Shown here: positions 22,261 to 33,055 of the stretch, piece after piece
Layout: each line of letters begins with the position of its first letter
How positions within the stretch are numbered: the first letter of the stretch is position 1
NCBI GenBank assembly: GCA_946965045.2
Contig: OX337241.1
Span: forward strand, 2,914,001 to 2,978,000
Direction: 5' to 3'
Length of the DNA stretch: 64,000 bases
From: Epithemia pelagica
Lineage: Eukaryota > Protista > Bacillariophyta
Notes under the pieces: generated by a model
What the model saw: only the letters and a program-made list of their open reading frames with translations
Database searches by the model: none
Told to the model about the DNA's origin: nothing
Made by a program: the position numbers and the translations under genes

Positions 22261-25098
22261 CTACAAGGAGGGCGTTGTGGTGGTGGGTGTACTGGTGGGG
22301 GTAGCGGTACTAGGCTCTAGTGTTGGGTTTGGGGAGGAGGAAGGGACCAGTGTGGGATGTTGGGATGGATGCGATGAAGGTTGATTCGATGGTGTCTTCG
22401 AGGGTCTCGAGGTGGGTGACTGAGAAGGAAGAATGGATGGTTTCGAAGACGGTTCGTGACTGGGTGTGGAGGAAGGACGAGACGAAATCGTCGGTGTCGA
22501 TGAAGGCTGAAAGGAGGGTACAACGGAGGGTTGCGTGGATACCGTCGGAGTGGAGGAGGGCTGTGTCGACGGAAGAGTAGATGGTACCATACTCGGTTGC
22601 GGAGATGGCTGCCACGAGGGAATCGTGGAGGGATGCCCCGAAGGGATTGCAGACGGCTCTGTCGAAACCGAAGGGGCATTGGACGGTGTACTGGAAGGTT
22701 CCTGGGAAGGATTGGTAGATGGCGATTCACTGGGCATGGCCGAAGGATTGGTCGATAATGTCGGTTGGTCCGACGGCATGGACGATGGTGTTTGGGAGGG
22801 TTGGGTCGACAAAGTGGGTGCCGAGGAGGGTGCACTCGACGGATTGTTGGAGGGTGCCGAACTGGGAGACACGGACGGATGAGAGGACAGCGTAGGCGTC
22901 TCACTGGGTTGATTCGACGGCGTGCAAGAGGGATGTTGGGAGGGCTGATCACTGGGTTCACTCGAGGGAACCGAGGAAATGGTGGGTTGGGGACTCGTTG
23001 TGGGAGTCTCTGTGGGTTGCGTCGAAGGAAGAAACGATGGCTGTGTCGATGGAGTAGTGGAAGGGACTTTGGATGGATTGGTGGATGGGCTTTGCAACGG
23101 CATTGTTGTGGGAGTGTGGGAGGGATTCTGCGATGGCCTGGACGAGGGTGACATGGATGGTCTCACGGATGGTACTGGCGATGGTGCACTCGAAGGTTGT
23201 ACCGTCGGAGTATTCGTGGGTTGTGTACTCGGGGTGCTGGACGGACGCACCGTGGGCAAACTCGTTTCGGGATAGGCCTCGACCAGACACTGCAAAAATC
23301 CCGTCGGATTGACCATGCCCGTTCCTTCCAGACGGTCATCGTCCAAGGGGAGTGCCGTATCGAAGAGACAGGTTTTGACATCGGATACGGTACTTTGGGG
23401 TCGCAAACTCTTGCCCATGGCCACCACACCGGCGACATGGGGACAGGCCATGCTCGTGCCACTCATCTTGAGGTATTGATTATTGGTTCCCGTGGACCAA
23501 ATGTGGACGCCCGGTGCCGCAATGTCGGTCCAAGTGCCGTAATTGGAAAAACTGGCCCGCCGACGTCCCGAGACATTCGTCGCGGCCACGGCCACCACGT
23601 GGGGATGCACGGCGGGATAATAGGACGCGTTGGAATTGCTATTGCCGGCCGCAAACAAGACCAACACATCATGGTCCAGCGCATACTGGAGAGCCGCCAC
23701 GACATCGGGTTCGTAGACATTGGGTTCCGCATAGCCCCAGGAATTGGAACTAATGTGCGCTCCCATGTCGACGGCATAGACCAAGGCTTCGGCAAAGCCG
23801 GCCGTATTGGTTTGACCAAATCCGACACTGGTCATGAGACGAATGCCCGTGCCTCCATGCGCCCCTCCAGCCACACCAGCAACACCCAGTCCGCCATTGT
23901 CGGTATTGGCCGCAATGGTTCCCGCGACATGACTGCCATGACTGCCGTGACCAAGGAGATGGGTATTGCCGACACTATCGCCATGATTGTAGCCAAAACA
24001 ATCATCCATGTAACCATTGCCATCGTCATCGACGCCATTGTTACATATTTCACCGGGGTTGACCCAGGGATTCGCGGCCAAGTCAACATGGTCCATATCC
24101 CATCCGGAATCCAAGACATGGACAATGGTTTCGGCCGCATGCTGCCATCCGTCGTGCTGTGCCATGAACTGCCATGCCGCACTGAGGTCAATGGTATCGT
24201 AATGAGACTGGTTTCCATTGGCATAATATTCATCATTAGGATCCTCCGGGCAATGCGTTGTGGTTGTGGCACGACGATGCTGGTTGCTTCGCAGCTTTCT
24301 ACTACTACCACCTCCTGCTTCTTGCGGGGATGGTTCCAAGTCCGAGGGTGATAGGGTTCCCCGATATTCCATGTCGACTTCTTCGTGTTCGGCATCCATG
24401 GACACAATGCTCCAATCGTCGTCTGGTTCCTTCTGGTCGTGGTGTTGTTGTTGTTCCCAGGCTTGTCGCAATCGAGCAATGGCTCGCAAGGTTCCCAGTC
24501 CTTTGGTATTGGTAGTGGTGGTGGAAGTGGTTTGATTTGCTTGTTGCTGTTCTTGTTGCAATAGGGAAAACATGTCCTCGTTGTTGTCCGAACTGGTTGG
24601 ATCGGGACATTTAAAGTGATAATGACAATGCAAATTGTAGGCCTTGTGCCGGGCTTCAAATTTGGGCGCATAGCGGATACTTCGCCAGGCATGAGTACAA
24701 ATGCCGTGCAATGTTTGCAAGACCAAGTCGGACTGTCGATCCAATTCGACCATTTCCCAGTCATTGTCATTTTCAGAATTGTTATTTTGGTCATCCTGGT
24801 GGTCGGGTCGAGTTGTAATGGCTGTAGTGGGACGAGCAAATTCCACCTTGAGAATGTCTCGGACCGTCCCTTGTTGCACCTGTTGCGTCAAGCGACGATT
24901 ATTGGGAAATTTGGGGGCCACACGATTACGACGATTCCGAGGATTGGGTTGCGCCGTCACGAAAAGGACCGCAACGAAGGAACGACGACCACCACCACCA
25001 ACCGCAAGCAGCACCACCACCAGAAATCGAATGAGACTTTGAAACCAACAGTGACTCGATTTCTTCGTCATCATTATTGCTTGGACTCCAAATGGCAA
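22261..25098 (-). CDS. Secreted S8 subtilisin-like serine protease with long Pro/Ser/Thr (PSxxP) mucin-like stalk
   Basis: 945-aa intronless ORF. Hydrophobic N-terminus, prodomain, catalytic D (VLDSG), H (HGSHVAGT), N (AAGN) and S (GTSMACPHVAG), loop GVDDDGNGYMDD, then about 340 aa of PS/PT repeats. Confidence 0.92.
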   Translation of the reverse strand: MPFGVQAIMMTKKSSHCWFQSLIRFLVVVLLAVGGGGRRSFVAVLFVTAQPNPRNRRNRVAPKFPNNRRLTQQVQQGTVRDILKVEFARPTTAITTRPDHQDDQNNNSENDNDWEMVELDRQSDLVLQTLHGICTHAWRSIRYAPKFEARHKAYNLHCHYHFKCPDPTSSDNNEDMFSLLQQEQQQANQTTSTTTTNTKGLGTLRAIARLRQAWEQQQHHDQKEPDDDWSIVSMDAEHEEVDMEYRGTLSPSDLEPSPQEAGGGSSRKLRSNQHRRATTTTHCPEDPNDEYYANGNQSHYDTIDLSAAWQFMAQHDGWQHAAETIVHVLDSGWDMDHVDLAANPWVNPGEICNNGVDDDGNGYMDDCFGYNHGDSVGNTHLLGHGSHGSHVAGTIAANTDNGGLGVAGVAGGAHGGTGIRLMTSVGFGQTNTAGFAEALVYAVDMGAHISSNSWGYAEPNVYEPDVVAALQYALDHDVLVLFAAGNSNSNASYYPAVHPHVVAVAATNVSGRRRASFSNYGTWTDIAAPGVHIWSTGTNNQYLKMSGTSMACPHVAGVVAMGKSLRPQSTVSDVKTCLFDTALPLDDDRLEGTGMVNPTGFLQCLVEAYPETSLPTVRPSSTPSTQPTNTPTVQPSSAPSPVPSVRPSMSPSSRPSQNPSHTPTTMPLQSPSTNPSKVPSTTPSTQPSFLPSTQPTETPTTSPQPTISSVPSSEPSDQPSQHPSCTPSNQPSETPTLSSHPSVSPSSAPSNNPSSAPSSAPTLSTQPSQTPSSMPSDQPTLSTNPSAMPSESPSTNPSQEPSSTPSNAPSVSTEPSAIPSGHPSTIPSWQPSPQPSMVPSTLPSTQPSSTPTVSTQPSVVPSFQPSSTPTISSRPSSTPSHEPSSKPSILPSQSPTSRPSKTPSNQPSSHPSQHPTLVPSSSPNPTLEPSTATPTSTPTTTTPSL

Positions 25099-26237
25099 AA
25101 TGGTTGCGATCCGTGTCCTTTGGTTGGAAGATTCCTTTCTACAGAGCAGGGTGAACGAGGAAAACTAGTGAAGACCAAGGGATTGTTACGCAACCATCAT
25201 CCCATGAATGGTGGAAGGCATGGTGGAATGAAAGACTGACCCCTCTGTGTGAACGGCTCGTGCCAAATGAAACAGGAATCGGGGGCCGTGTCGCTCGTTG
25301 GTAAGGTTATATTATACTATTCATTCAATGGTTAGTTGGTTTTTCGTTTGGGGGGAACGGCCCATGTCCCTTGTCGATGCCAATAATATGGTGGTTCTCT
25401 TCTCTTTTCTGACTGTCTTTTTCTTTTGTGGAGATTGGTGCGGAGTGACACGATCGATTTCTATTAAGCCCAACAAACTTTTCACGTCATTCGTAGCAGA
25501 CCTGGAAACTGGAAACCCCATTGGTCATTCCCTGCCGCACTCCACTACTGGCAACGAAAGTCCGGTCGAGGGACAGACATGGTTTCAGTTGGTAGGGCCC
25601 ATTCCGTCCCTACTAGAAAACGTATCTACAATACCGCTCGCCGCGAACAAAAGCAGTCGCAGACATCCAGTTCCAGTCGCATGGTGTGACCCTGCGGATG
25701 CAACTTCTTGGCGGGATGTGTTATGACGATGTGTGTGTTGTCGTTTGGAATTTTGTGTTCCTTTTCTCTCTCCAATTTTAGGTTCGACCTCTCTCGTTCC
25801 AACCACCAGTGTCGCTCGTTTCTACCGAATTCATCCATGGTTCCGAAGCCACTCCATAATTGCTACTCTACGAACTCCCGTGGTGATTGAATAAAAGAAA
25901 CTATATAGTATAACTCTACCAAAATACATCAGAGTTGTGGTTCACGGAAGAAGTCCGTTTCAACACAAAAGGATTTGCACACACCAACACGCTCCAAACA
26001 ACAACGACATCGCTCAAAGGTATGTGACACGTTCGTGGTGCGTTCCTGGATACAGCACCCACCCCCACGCCCCACAAAAAAAGGAACGAATGGTACATCG
26101 TTCCTCTAGAGAGGATATACACAGCAGGGTCTCCCGGGTGTTGTGGGTCGGTGCACGAAACAAATCACACACGATCCGCGTCGTTTGGCTCCAGCGCGTC
26201 GCAGTCGTTTAGCCGTTATGCAACGCGGCTTGCGGTA

Positions 26238-27205
26238 TTACAGCAGTCGCTTGCCGCTCTTCTTGTCAGAGTCGTCCTTGTAGTACCAGTCATCGTACAT
26301 GAAGTAGTCGTCATAGTCTTTCTTGCCCTTATCGTCCTTGTCGGATTCCTTCTTGCCCTTCTTGTCGGAATCATCCTTTTCGTCCGAATCCTTCTTTCCT
26401 TTGCCTTTGGAGCCGTCCATGCCCATACCCTTGCCCTTGGAGTAGTCATCCATACCCATTCCCTTGCCTTTGGAGTAGTCATCCATACCCATTCCCTTGC
26501 CCTTGGAGTAGTCATCCATGCCCATTCCGGTTGGTTTCGCAGTCGGCTCTGCTGTGGGTTTGACAGTTGGTTTGGAGGTTGGTACAGCTGTGGGTTTAAC
26601 GGTCGGCTTAAATGTTGGTTTGACGGTGGGTTTGACAGTTGGTTCAGCTGTGGGTTTGACAGTTGGTTTGGCCTTCTTGCCCTTGTAGTCATCGTCCATA
26701 CCCATACCCTTCTTGCCTTTGGAGTCATCGTCCATACTCATACCCTTACCCTTGGAGGAATCATCGTATCCCTTGGTGACGGGCTTGGCAGTTGGGTAAT
26801 AGTAGTCCTCGTCCATACCCTTTCCTTTGCCTTTGGAGCCGTCCATACCCATACCCTTGCCCTTGGAGTAGTCGTCCATACCCATTCCCTTGCCTTTGGA
26901 GTAGTCATCCATACCCATTCCCTTCTTGCCCTTGGAGTCATCGTCCATACCCATACCCTTCTTGCCTTTGGAGTCATCGTCCATGCTCTTTGCTTTCTTT
27001 GTATATTTCTATCCATAGGAAGCAATCGGAGTGGTTAGAAGAGGTGTGCTCCCAGCAATCCTTTGGGAATGCAGTGACTTTCGAAACGTACCATTTCGGG
27101 GAGATCTCTTTGGCTTTGTTCAAGATTGGCGGGCAACTCAATCAACTCGGATCTGACGAAGGCCGACGCTTGGAGCAACACGGCCAACACGATAGATTGC
27201 TTCAT
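26238..27205 (-). CDS. Secreted silaffin/cingulin-like Lys/Met/Asp/Tyr-rich repeat protein (2 exons, about 294 aa)
   Basis: Exon 1 27205..27092 encodes [38 protein letters not shown] (signal peptide + RDL). Phase-0 intron 27009..27091 (gtacgt...ctaac...atag). Exon 2 27008..26238 holds (MDDxSKGK(K)GMG)n repeats, a KPT/EPT segment, the Tyr/Trp-rich [16 protein letters not shown] and a terminal KRLL. Confidence 0.85.
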
Positions 27206-28679
27206 GATGATGGTGTGATAAACTCTAAGTGACTGTCACGAAGCAATGTGATGGTTTTCGTTTGCAGACCGTTTCGAATTGTGAGCTCTGCTGTACTAAC
27301 AAAAATGAGGCAGCAACGGACACTGAGGAAGAAGGGATTGGTCTTGTAGACTGATGGTGAGTTTTCCCGAAATTGCGAGTCTCTTTGAAAAAAGGAGGAA
27401 GTGTGTAGGGAAGCATGAGTGTGTGTTTAGGAGGAAGACAAGAGCCAGGCTCAATCCTGTCTAATTGAATATTCCTGAACGGCTAGTTCCTTCCATAAGA
27501 GAATGGGATGCTGGCTTTGCACACCAGTCTCTTTTATCGAATCAACACGGGCCATGGTTGGAACGCTGGACATGAAAAATCTCTCGGATCGTCCTTCCCC
27601 AGACTCGAATTTGGGATAAATTGAGGCGCTCGAGGGGATTCTGCGGGAAGCCTCGACGGGCGCGCATGGCACTAATACGAAGATTTTGATAAAGCGCGAC
27701 TGGAAAATTTCCGTTGGACTGTCCGGCTCGGTCGTTCCAAAAACGGGAGGTGGAATTCGGAGAAGGCCAAGCCCTTTTCGCACCGGTCACGACGAAGGTG
27801 CGACTCACCCACTTTTCCACTCTTTCATCTATACTCGATCTTCAACGGGACTGGCGTTCCATTCGCTGTCAAGTACGTACCACGTGACCACTTAGTAAAT
27901 TCAAACAGAGGATTGGCTTCTCAGGTATTCTACGCACGCAGCGCAATCTTATCGTACAATCCACCTATCCTGCGCGGGAAGTGGTCACGCCTGAATGCCG
28001 AGGCGGACGAGTCGTTTGAAAATTCGCTTTGTATAGCTATTGTCACAATTCAAAAATCCATAACGCGACCTGTCAAATCAAACCTCACCAAAAGTCGAGG
28101 AGTATCGCGCTTTGTCCTGAAATCTCATCGGAGAGGAACACCAGTTAAGGATGGAGTTCACAAGTAAGAATCAAGAGTGACTCGAGGCATTGGCAATGTG
28201 CCTTGGATTCCAATGGTAGGACTGGAAGACAGGTCCGTGTACGAGGAGGCAGTATACGCTGTCGTCGCGGAAGGAATCTGGTGCACGGAATCTGGTCGAG
28301 GACACTATAACTCCACACGCTTGGAAGCAATGGGAAACCAATCCAGAGAAAGGAGACACATTGAGTGTCATCTTGTTGGTGTTGTTCCGTGATGACATAA
28401 TCAATTCGTCTTATGCGACGAATAGCGGCTTGAAAGATGGGTTCTGGACCGCTTTACTAGAAAGATGGTTTGTCCGGCACGGTTGTGTTGATTCTCGATG
28501 GAATGAAGAAGCTTGCAAATAAGTATCCAGCGATAAATCGAACTCCTTGAGTCTTGGTTCGGTACAGTCCAAAAATACAACCATTACAATGTGCCATGTT
28601 CTTTCCAGCAAAATGCTTGCCCTCTTGGCAGTGGCAAGGGCAACGCAGTTCTCTCGGCAGTGCATCATGTCCCAGTATC

Positions 28680-28953
28680 CGGGGAACCATCTCCGCAGCC
28701 GAGTATACTACCAACCAATCTTCCATCGGTTCAGCCCTCCTCCACTCCCGCGGTATCAACACAAGCCTCGGCCGAACCCTCCTTTCTGCCTTCTTCTTTA
28801 CCAACCATTTCTTCTCGTCCTTCCTCAACACACAGTCACGAACCGTCTTTGATTATATTTATCCTTTCTTCACATTCACCCTCATCTCAACCCTCTGAAA
28901 CACCAGCGAAACAGCCTTTGGTTCATCCCTCCAGACATCCCACAATGGTTTGA
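28680..28953 (+). pseudogene. Inverted fragment of the S8 subtilase Pro/Ser stalk
   Basis: Translates EPSPQPSILPTNLPSVQPSSTPAVSTQASAEPSFLPSSLPTISSRPSSTHSHEPS...PSRHPTMV. This is collinear with QPSPQPSMVPSTLPSTQPSSTPTVSTQPSVVPSFQPSSTPTISSRPSSTPSHEPS...PSQHPTLV of the 22261..25098 protein. Confidence 0.75.
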
Positions 28954-29472
28954 ACCAATGGTATAACTCATGATTCATTTTTTCAAGACAGAATAGATTA
29001 TAATTCTAATTCGTATGCCGTTCCAACGAAAGTCGTGGTGGATGATGAGAATGACAAGGAACGCTTGTTACCGTTTTCTGCTACCTGGTGTCCACACGAC
29101 TCACTTGGGTACCAAAGCTTAGGACTGCAAGCCATGTTCATACACTACTAGGAGGCAGAATACTTTTGTCCAGGAAGCAATCTGGTGCACTGAGCCTTTG
29201 GTTCATCCCTCCAGACATCCCACAATGGTTTGAACCAATGGTATAACTCATGATTCATTTTTTCAAGACAGAATAGATTATAATTCTAATTCGTATGCCG
29301 TTCCAACGAAAGTCGTGGTGGATGATGAGAATGACAAGGAACGCTTGTTACCGTTTTCTGCTACCTGGTGTCCACACGACTCACTTGGGTACCAAAGCTT
29401 AGGACTGCAAGCCATGTTCATACACTACTAGGAGGCAGAATACTTTTGTCCAGGAAGCAATCTGGTGCACTG
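28913..29472. repeat. Perfect 280-bp tandem duplication
   Basis: 28913..29192 and 29193..29472 (AGCCTTTGGTTCATCCC...TCTGGTGCACTG) appear identical base for base. Confidence 0.95.
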
Positions 29473-30027
29473 AAATTAGAACCATCGGGTCCAGAGAAAG
29501 GAGACACTTGTCATTCGGCAACTGCTGATTCCATTCTTCGACTGAGTTTCAAGGTGCGAGTACAATCATGACGATGTGACACTGCTCACAAACGGAAAAT
29601 TTTACAACACACCTGGAGAAGAGTAGCATTACGCGAAAAGAGACTTACCATAAAAGTAAGAGCACCTACAGTGGTCAGTCGTTTGAGAACTGCAGTTGCA
29701 GCGACAGCATGTCAAGTGCTGGTCCATACACAAGAGACAAGGAAGAGGAAGAATACACAATCGTTCTTTGTTATGCAAGGTAATGTATCAAGTCTTTTAG
29801 TTTCTATGATAAATCTTTTCTTTAACTGAGCTGGAGTTCAAATCATCTTCAGGGTGACATCGCCAATTTCTTCTGTTCATCAAGGAGAAGGGGGTTCAGT
29901 CCTCCGACGAGGCTTGTTGTTGTTTTTCCCGAATGCGACGAACGGCGCTTTGGAAAATGGGTTCTCGACCGCGTTGTTTGAAAATAGTTTGCCCGGCACG
30001 GAAGTGAGGATTCTTGTCGGGACGTTG

Positions 30028-30771
30028 TCAATGAAGAGGCTGCTGCTTGCGTTCCAGGGTGTGGATGGTGCTCGTTCTCGAAAAAGAATCCGTTTCGGGT
30101 TGAAAGAGACCAGGCGCTGCGGCGGGGAAGGACGATATCTCGATATTGATGGTCTTGGTTCGTGAATTTTGTGACTGCGTTTCTTCTTGTCGTGGCTTGG
30201 GTTCATGTTGATGAACACGCGCGGGAGAAATATGGTTGTCTGACACAAGAGTTTCCTGCTGAAATAGACGCGGAGCTGCAGCGGGCAAGGACGATGTCTT
30301 GATGTTAATGGTCTTGGTTCGTGTATTAAGCGATGTTTTTTCGTCTTGTCGTGGTTTGGGCTCATGTTGTTGGACACGCGAGGGGGAAATATGGGTGTGC
30401 GACACAAGAGTTTCGGGTTGAAAGAGACCAGGCGCTGTGGCAGGCAAGGATGTTGTCGCGATATTCATTGTCTTGGTTCGTGAGTTTTGTGCTTCTTCAT
30501 GTCGTGGTTTGGGTTCATGTTGCTGGACACGCGAGGGGGACAAATGATTCCGAGACGACGAGAGTGGAGTTTCGGATGGAGAGGAGATCTTGAGTGCCCA
30601 CGCGGTTTCATCATGCTTTGGTTGTTGTTCTTGTGGACCGGTGGCGTCACTTTGCACCAAAATGGGAGTCGTTGGGTCGATCAAAGAGGTCTCATTCTTG
30701 ACATCGGCAGCCAAGGATGAGGAGGTCCACAGCAACATGCATGATAGGGCAACCCGCGGTGATTTGAACAT
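30028..30771 (-). CDS. Secreted protein with three 51-53-aa repeats (SPxRVxQHEPKPR...), probably C-terminally truncated
   Basis: MFKSPRVALSCMLLWTSSSLA signal peptide, then three repeats. The TGA at 30028-30030 aligns with CGA in the paralog, and the frame stays open for 43 more codons to QQQASSED* at 29896. Confidence 0.6.
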   Translation of the reverse strand: MFKSPRVALSCMLLWTSSSLAADVKNETSLIDPTTPILVQSDATGPQEQQPKHDETAWALKISSPSETPLSSSRNHLSPSRVQQHEPKPRHEEAQNSRTKTMNIATTSLPATAPGLFQPETLVSHTHISPSRVQQHEPKPRQDEKTSLNTRTKTINIKTSSLPAAAPRLFQQETLVSDNHISPARVHQHEPKPRQEETQSQNSRTKTINIEISSFPAAAPGLFQPETDSFSRTSTIHTLERKQQPLH

Positions 30772-30979
30772 TGTAACTCTTGTAGAACAAAGTATGCCGT
30801 GAGATAGAGTTTGTGCAGAAGCTTGTTGCGTCCACCCAGCAAATTGTGATACATCAACGCAAGTACGATGGCACTCGATCATGATTCTTGTAAAGGCACG
30901 CCCCAAATTCTCTCATGGTCATCCACAATATCGTTGGATTCCGACAAAACTGGAGAGTGGGGGATAGCCAGATTTTTGG

Positions 30980-31884
30980 GTGAAAACACGACTGGTCAAT
31001 CGTGTCCAAAATCAGGGGCAGAACAGAATAATTAGGGGGTCAGAATTTAGAACTGATGAGGAGAGCGCGACACTTCAATTTACCTACCTTACAATAGAGC
31101 TGTACAGCCTACGATCTGCAATACCGACGGTGAACGACGGGAGCAACGGAGAGACCGCCTCTTCGCCATCGGAGCAAAAGTTTACAAAGCTGCACTTTTA
31201 CACGACGACTGGTGATGGGCAAGACACCAATGCTCATGTGGGAGAGCTGAAGGAAAAGGGTACATCGCAGCAGCAAATGATGCGACCTGATGGGTCGTTA
31301 CTCCAATGGAAAACTGATGGAGAATCGGGATCTTCCTACATGTCAACAACGAACGACGTACCCAGTTCTTCATCGTCCGCTGACAAACAAGTTTCTAAAG
31401 GCAAGAGCGAGATGGAAGGATACCTTCCAGTGCCGAATGAAAAAAGCCGCCCACGGGAACGCAAACGTCAAAAGAAAGCCCCAATGCCGAACGAGACGCA
31501 CATGAAAATTCGTGCTGCCGTTGACGCTGGTGACAACTGGGAGCTGGATCTGGAACGTAAGCATGGCCTTTCCGACATGGAAGCCTGCGTTTGCGTTGGT
31601 TCATTGCCAAGTACCAAATGCACGAATCGTTCCCCGACAAGGAGCATGGGGTGAAGCAGCAGCTTGTGGATTTGGCACGCGAAGGATTTCAACACTTGAA
31701 AACAGCGCAACAACTCTTTGAACAGTATCCACATGAAATGGGTGAGCAAACCAAAATCCAAGGAACTTGGAAAATGATCACAGGCGAAGCTACATTGCAA
31801 CGATTGAAGGCCAAGCGCGAGAAAGAGTTGGAACTATTGAAGACCAAAAGCGACAAAGGCGTGCCTGGTTCGGCGAAATTGTAA
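30980..31884 (+). pseudogene. Frameshifted hypothetical protein (helical, with basic NLS-like RERKRQKK)
   Basis: ORFs 30980..31654 and 31591..31884 join into ...HGLSDMEALRLRWFIAKYQMHESF... if one C is restored at GCC-TGCG (about 31585). There is no clear ATG start. Confidence 0.45.
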
Positions 31885-32214
31885 TTTGGTCTATTTGATA
31901 CATGCTGGATTGGGGTGAGATGGATATAGACAAGCATTTTTGTTTCAACACCCGGCGAAGAGTATTACCATTGAAAGTAAGAGCACCGACAATGGCCAGT
32001 CGTTTGAGATGCCGTTGCAGCGACAGATGTCAAGTGCTGGTCCATCCAGACGAGTGACAAGAAAGAGGAAGAACACCCAGTCGTTCTTTCTTATGCAAGG
32101 TTATGTATCAAGTCTTGTAGTTCTACAACAACTCTTTCTGTAACTGAACTAGAGTTCAAATCGTCTTCCGGGTGACATTACCATGTCTTTTCGGTTCATC
32201 CAGGAGAGGGAAGT

Positions 32215-33055
32215 TCAGTACTCCGAGGAGGCTTGTTGTTGATGTTGTTTTTCGCGAATGTGACGAACGGCGGGGGTTCTCGACCGACTTGCTTGAAAAT
32301 AGGTTGTCCGGCACGGAACCGAGGATTCTTGACGGGGCGATGTCGTCGATGGAGATGCTGCTGCTTGCGTTCCAGGTTTTGGATGGTCATTCTCGAAAAA
32401 GAATCCGTCTCGGGTTGAAAAAAAACCAGGCGCTGTGCCAGGGAAGGACAATGTCTCGATGTGGATGGTCTTGGTTCGTGAATTTTGTGACTGGGTTCGT
32501 CTGGTCGTCGAAAGGGTTCATGTTGATGGACACACGAGAGAGATATATGGTTTTCTGACGCAAGAATTTCCGGCTCAAATAGACGTGGAGCCGCAGCGGG
32601 AACGGATAATGTCTCGATATTGATGGTCTTGGTTCATGTTTGAAGTGGCGATTTGTTGGACACCCGAGGGAGAAATGACACAAAAGTTTCGGGTTGGAAG
32701 AGTCGAGGAACTGTGGCGGGCAAGGACGTTGTCGCGATATTAATTGTCTTGATTTTTATTTTTGTGTTTCTTCTTGTCGTGTTTTGGGTTCATGTTGCTG
32801 GACACGCGAGGGGGACAAATGATTCCGGGACGACGAGAGTGGAGTTTCGGATGGAGAGGAGACCTTGAGTGGCTCAGAGGTTTCATCGTGCTGTGCTTGT
32901 TGTTGTTATTGTTCTTGTGAACCGGTGGCGTCACTTTGCACCAAAATGGGAGTCGTTGGGTCGATCAGAGAGGACTCATTCTGGGCTTCTGTAGCCAAGG
33001 ATGAGGAGGTCCACAGCAACATGCATGACAGGGCAACACGAGGTGATTTGAACAT
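32215..33055 (-). pseudogene. Decayed paralog of the secreted repeat protein at 30028..30771
   Basis: Same MFKSPRVALSCMLLWTSSSLA start, CAA>TAA stop at 32906, frameshifts, and the same QQQASSEY* end. Confidence 0.75.

Noticed and set aside
26151-27038. 295-aa plus-strand hydrophobic repeat ORF ([11 protein letters not shown]...)
   Set aside because: Antisense shadow of the silaffin-like gene. The minus strand has the signal peptide, canonical intron and branch point.
27187-27205. ASAF motif suggesting plastid targeting of the Lys-rich protein
   Set aside because: The following segment is acidic ([12 protein letters not shown]) and contains RDL, unlike a diatom transit peptide. Secretion is more plausible.
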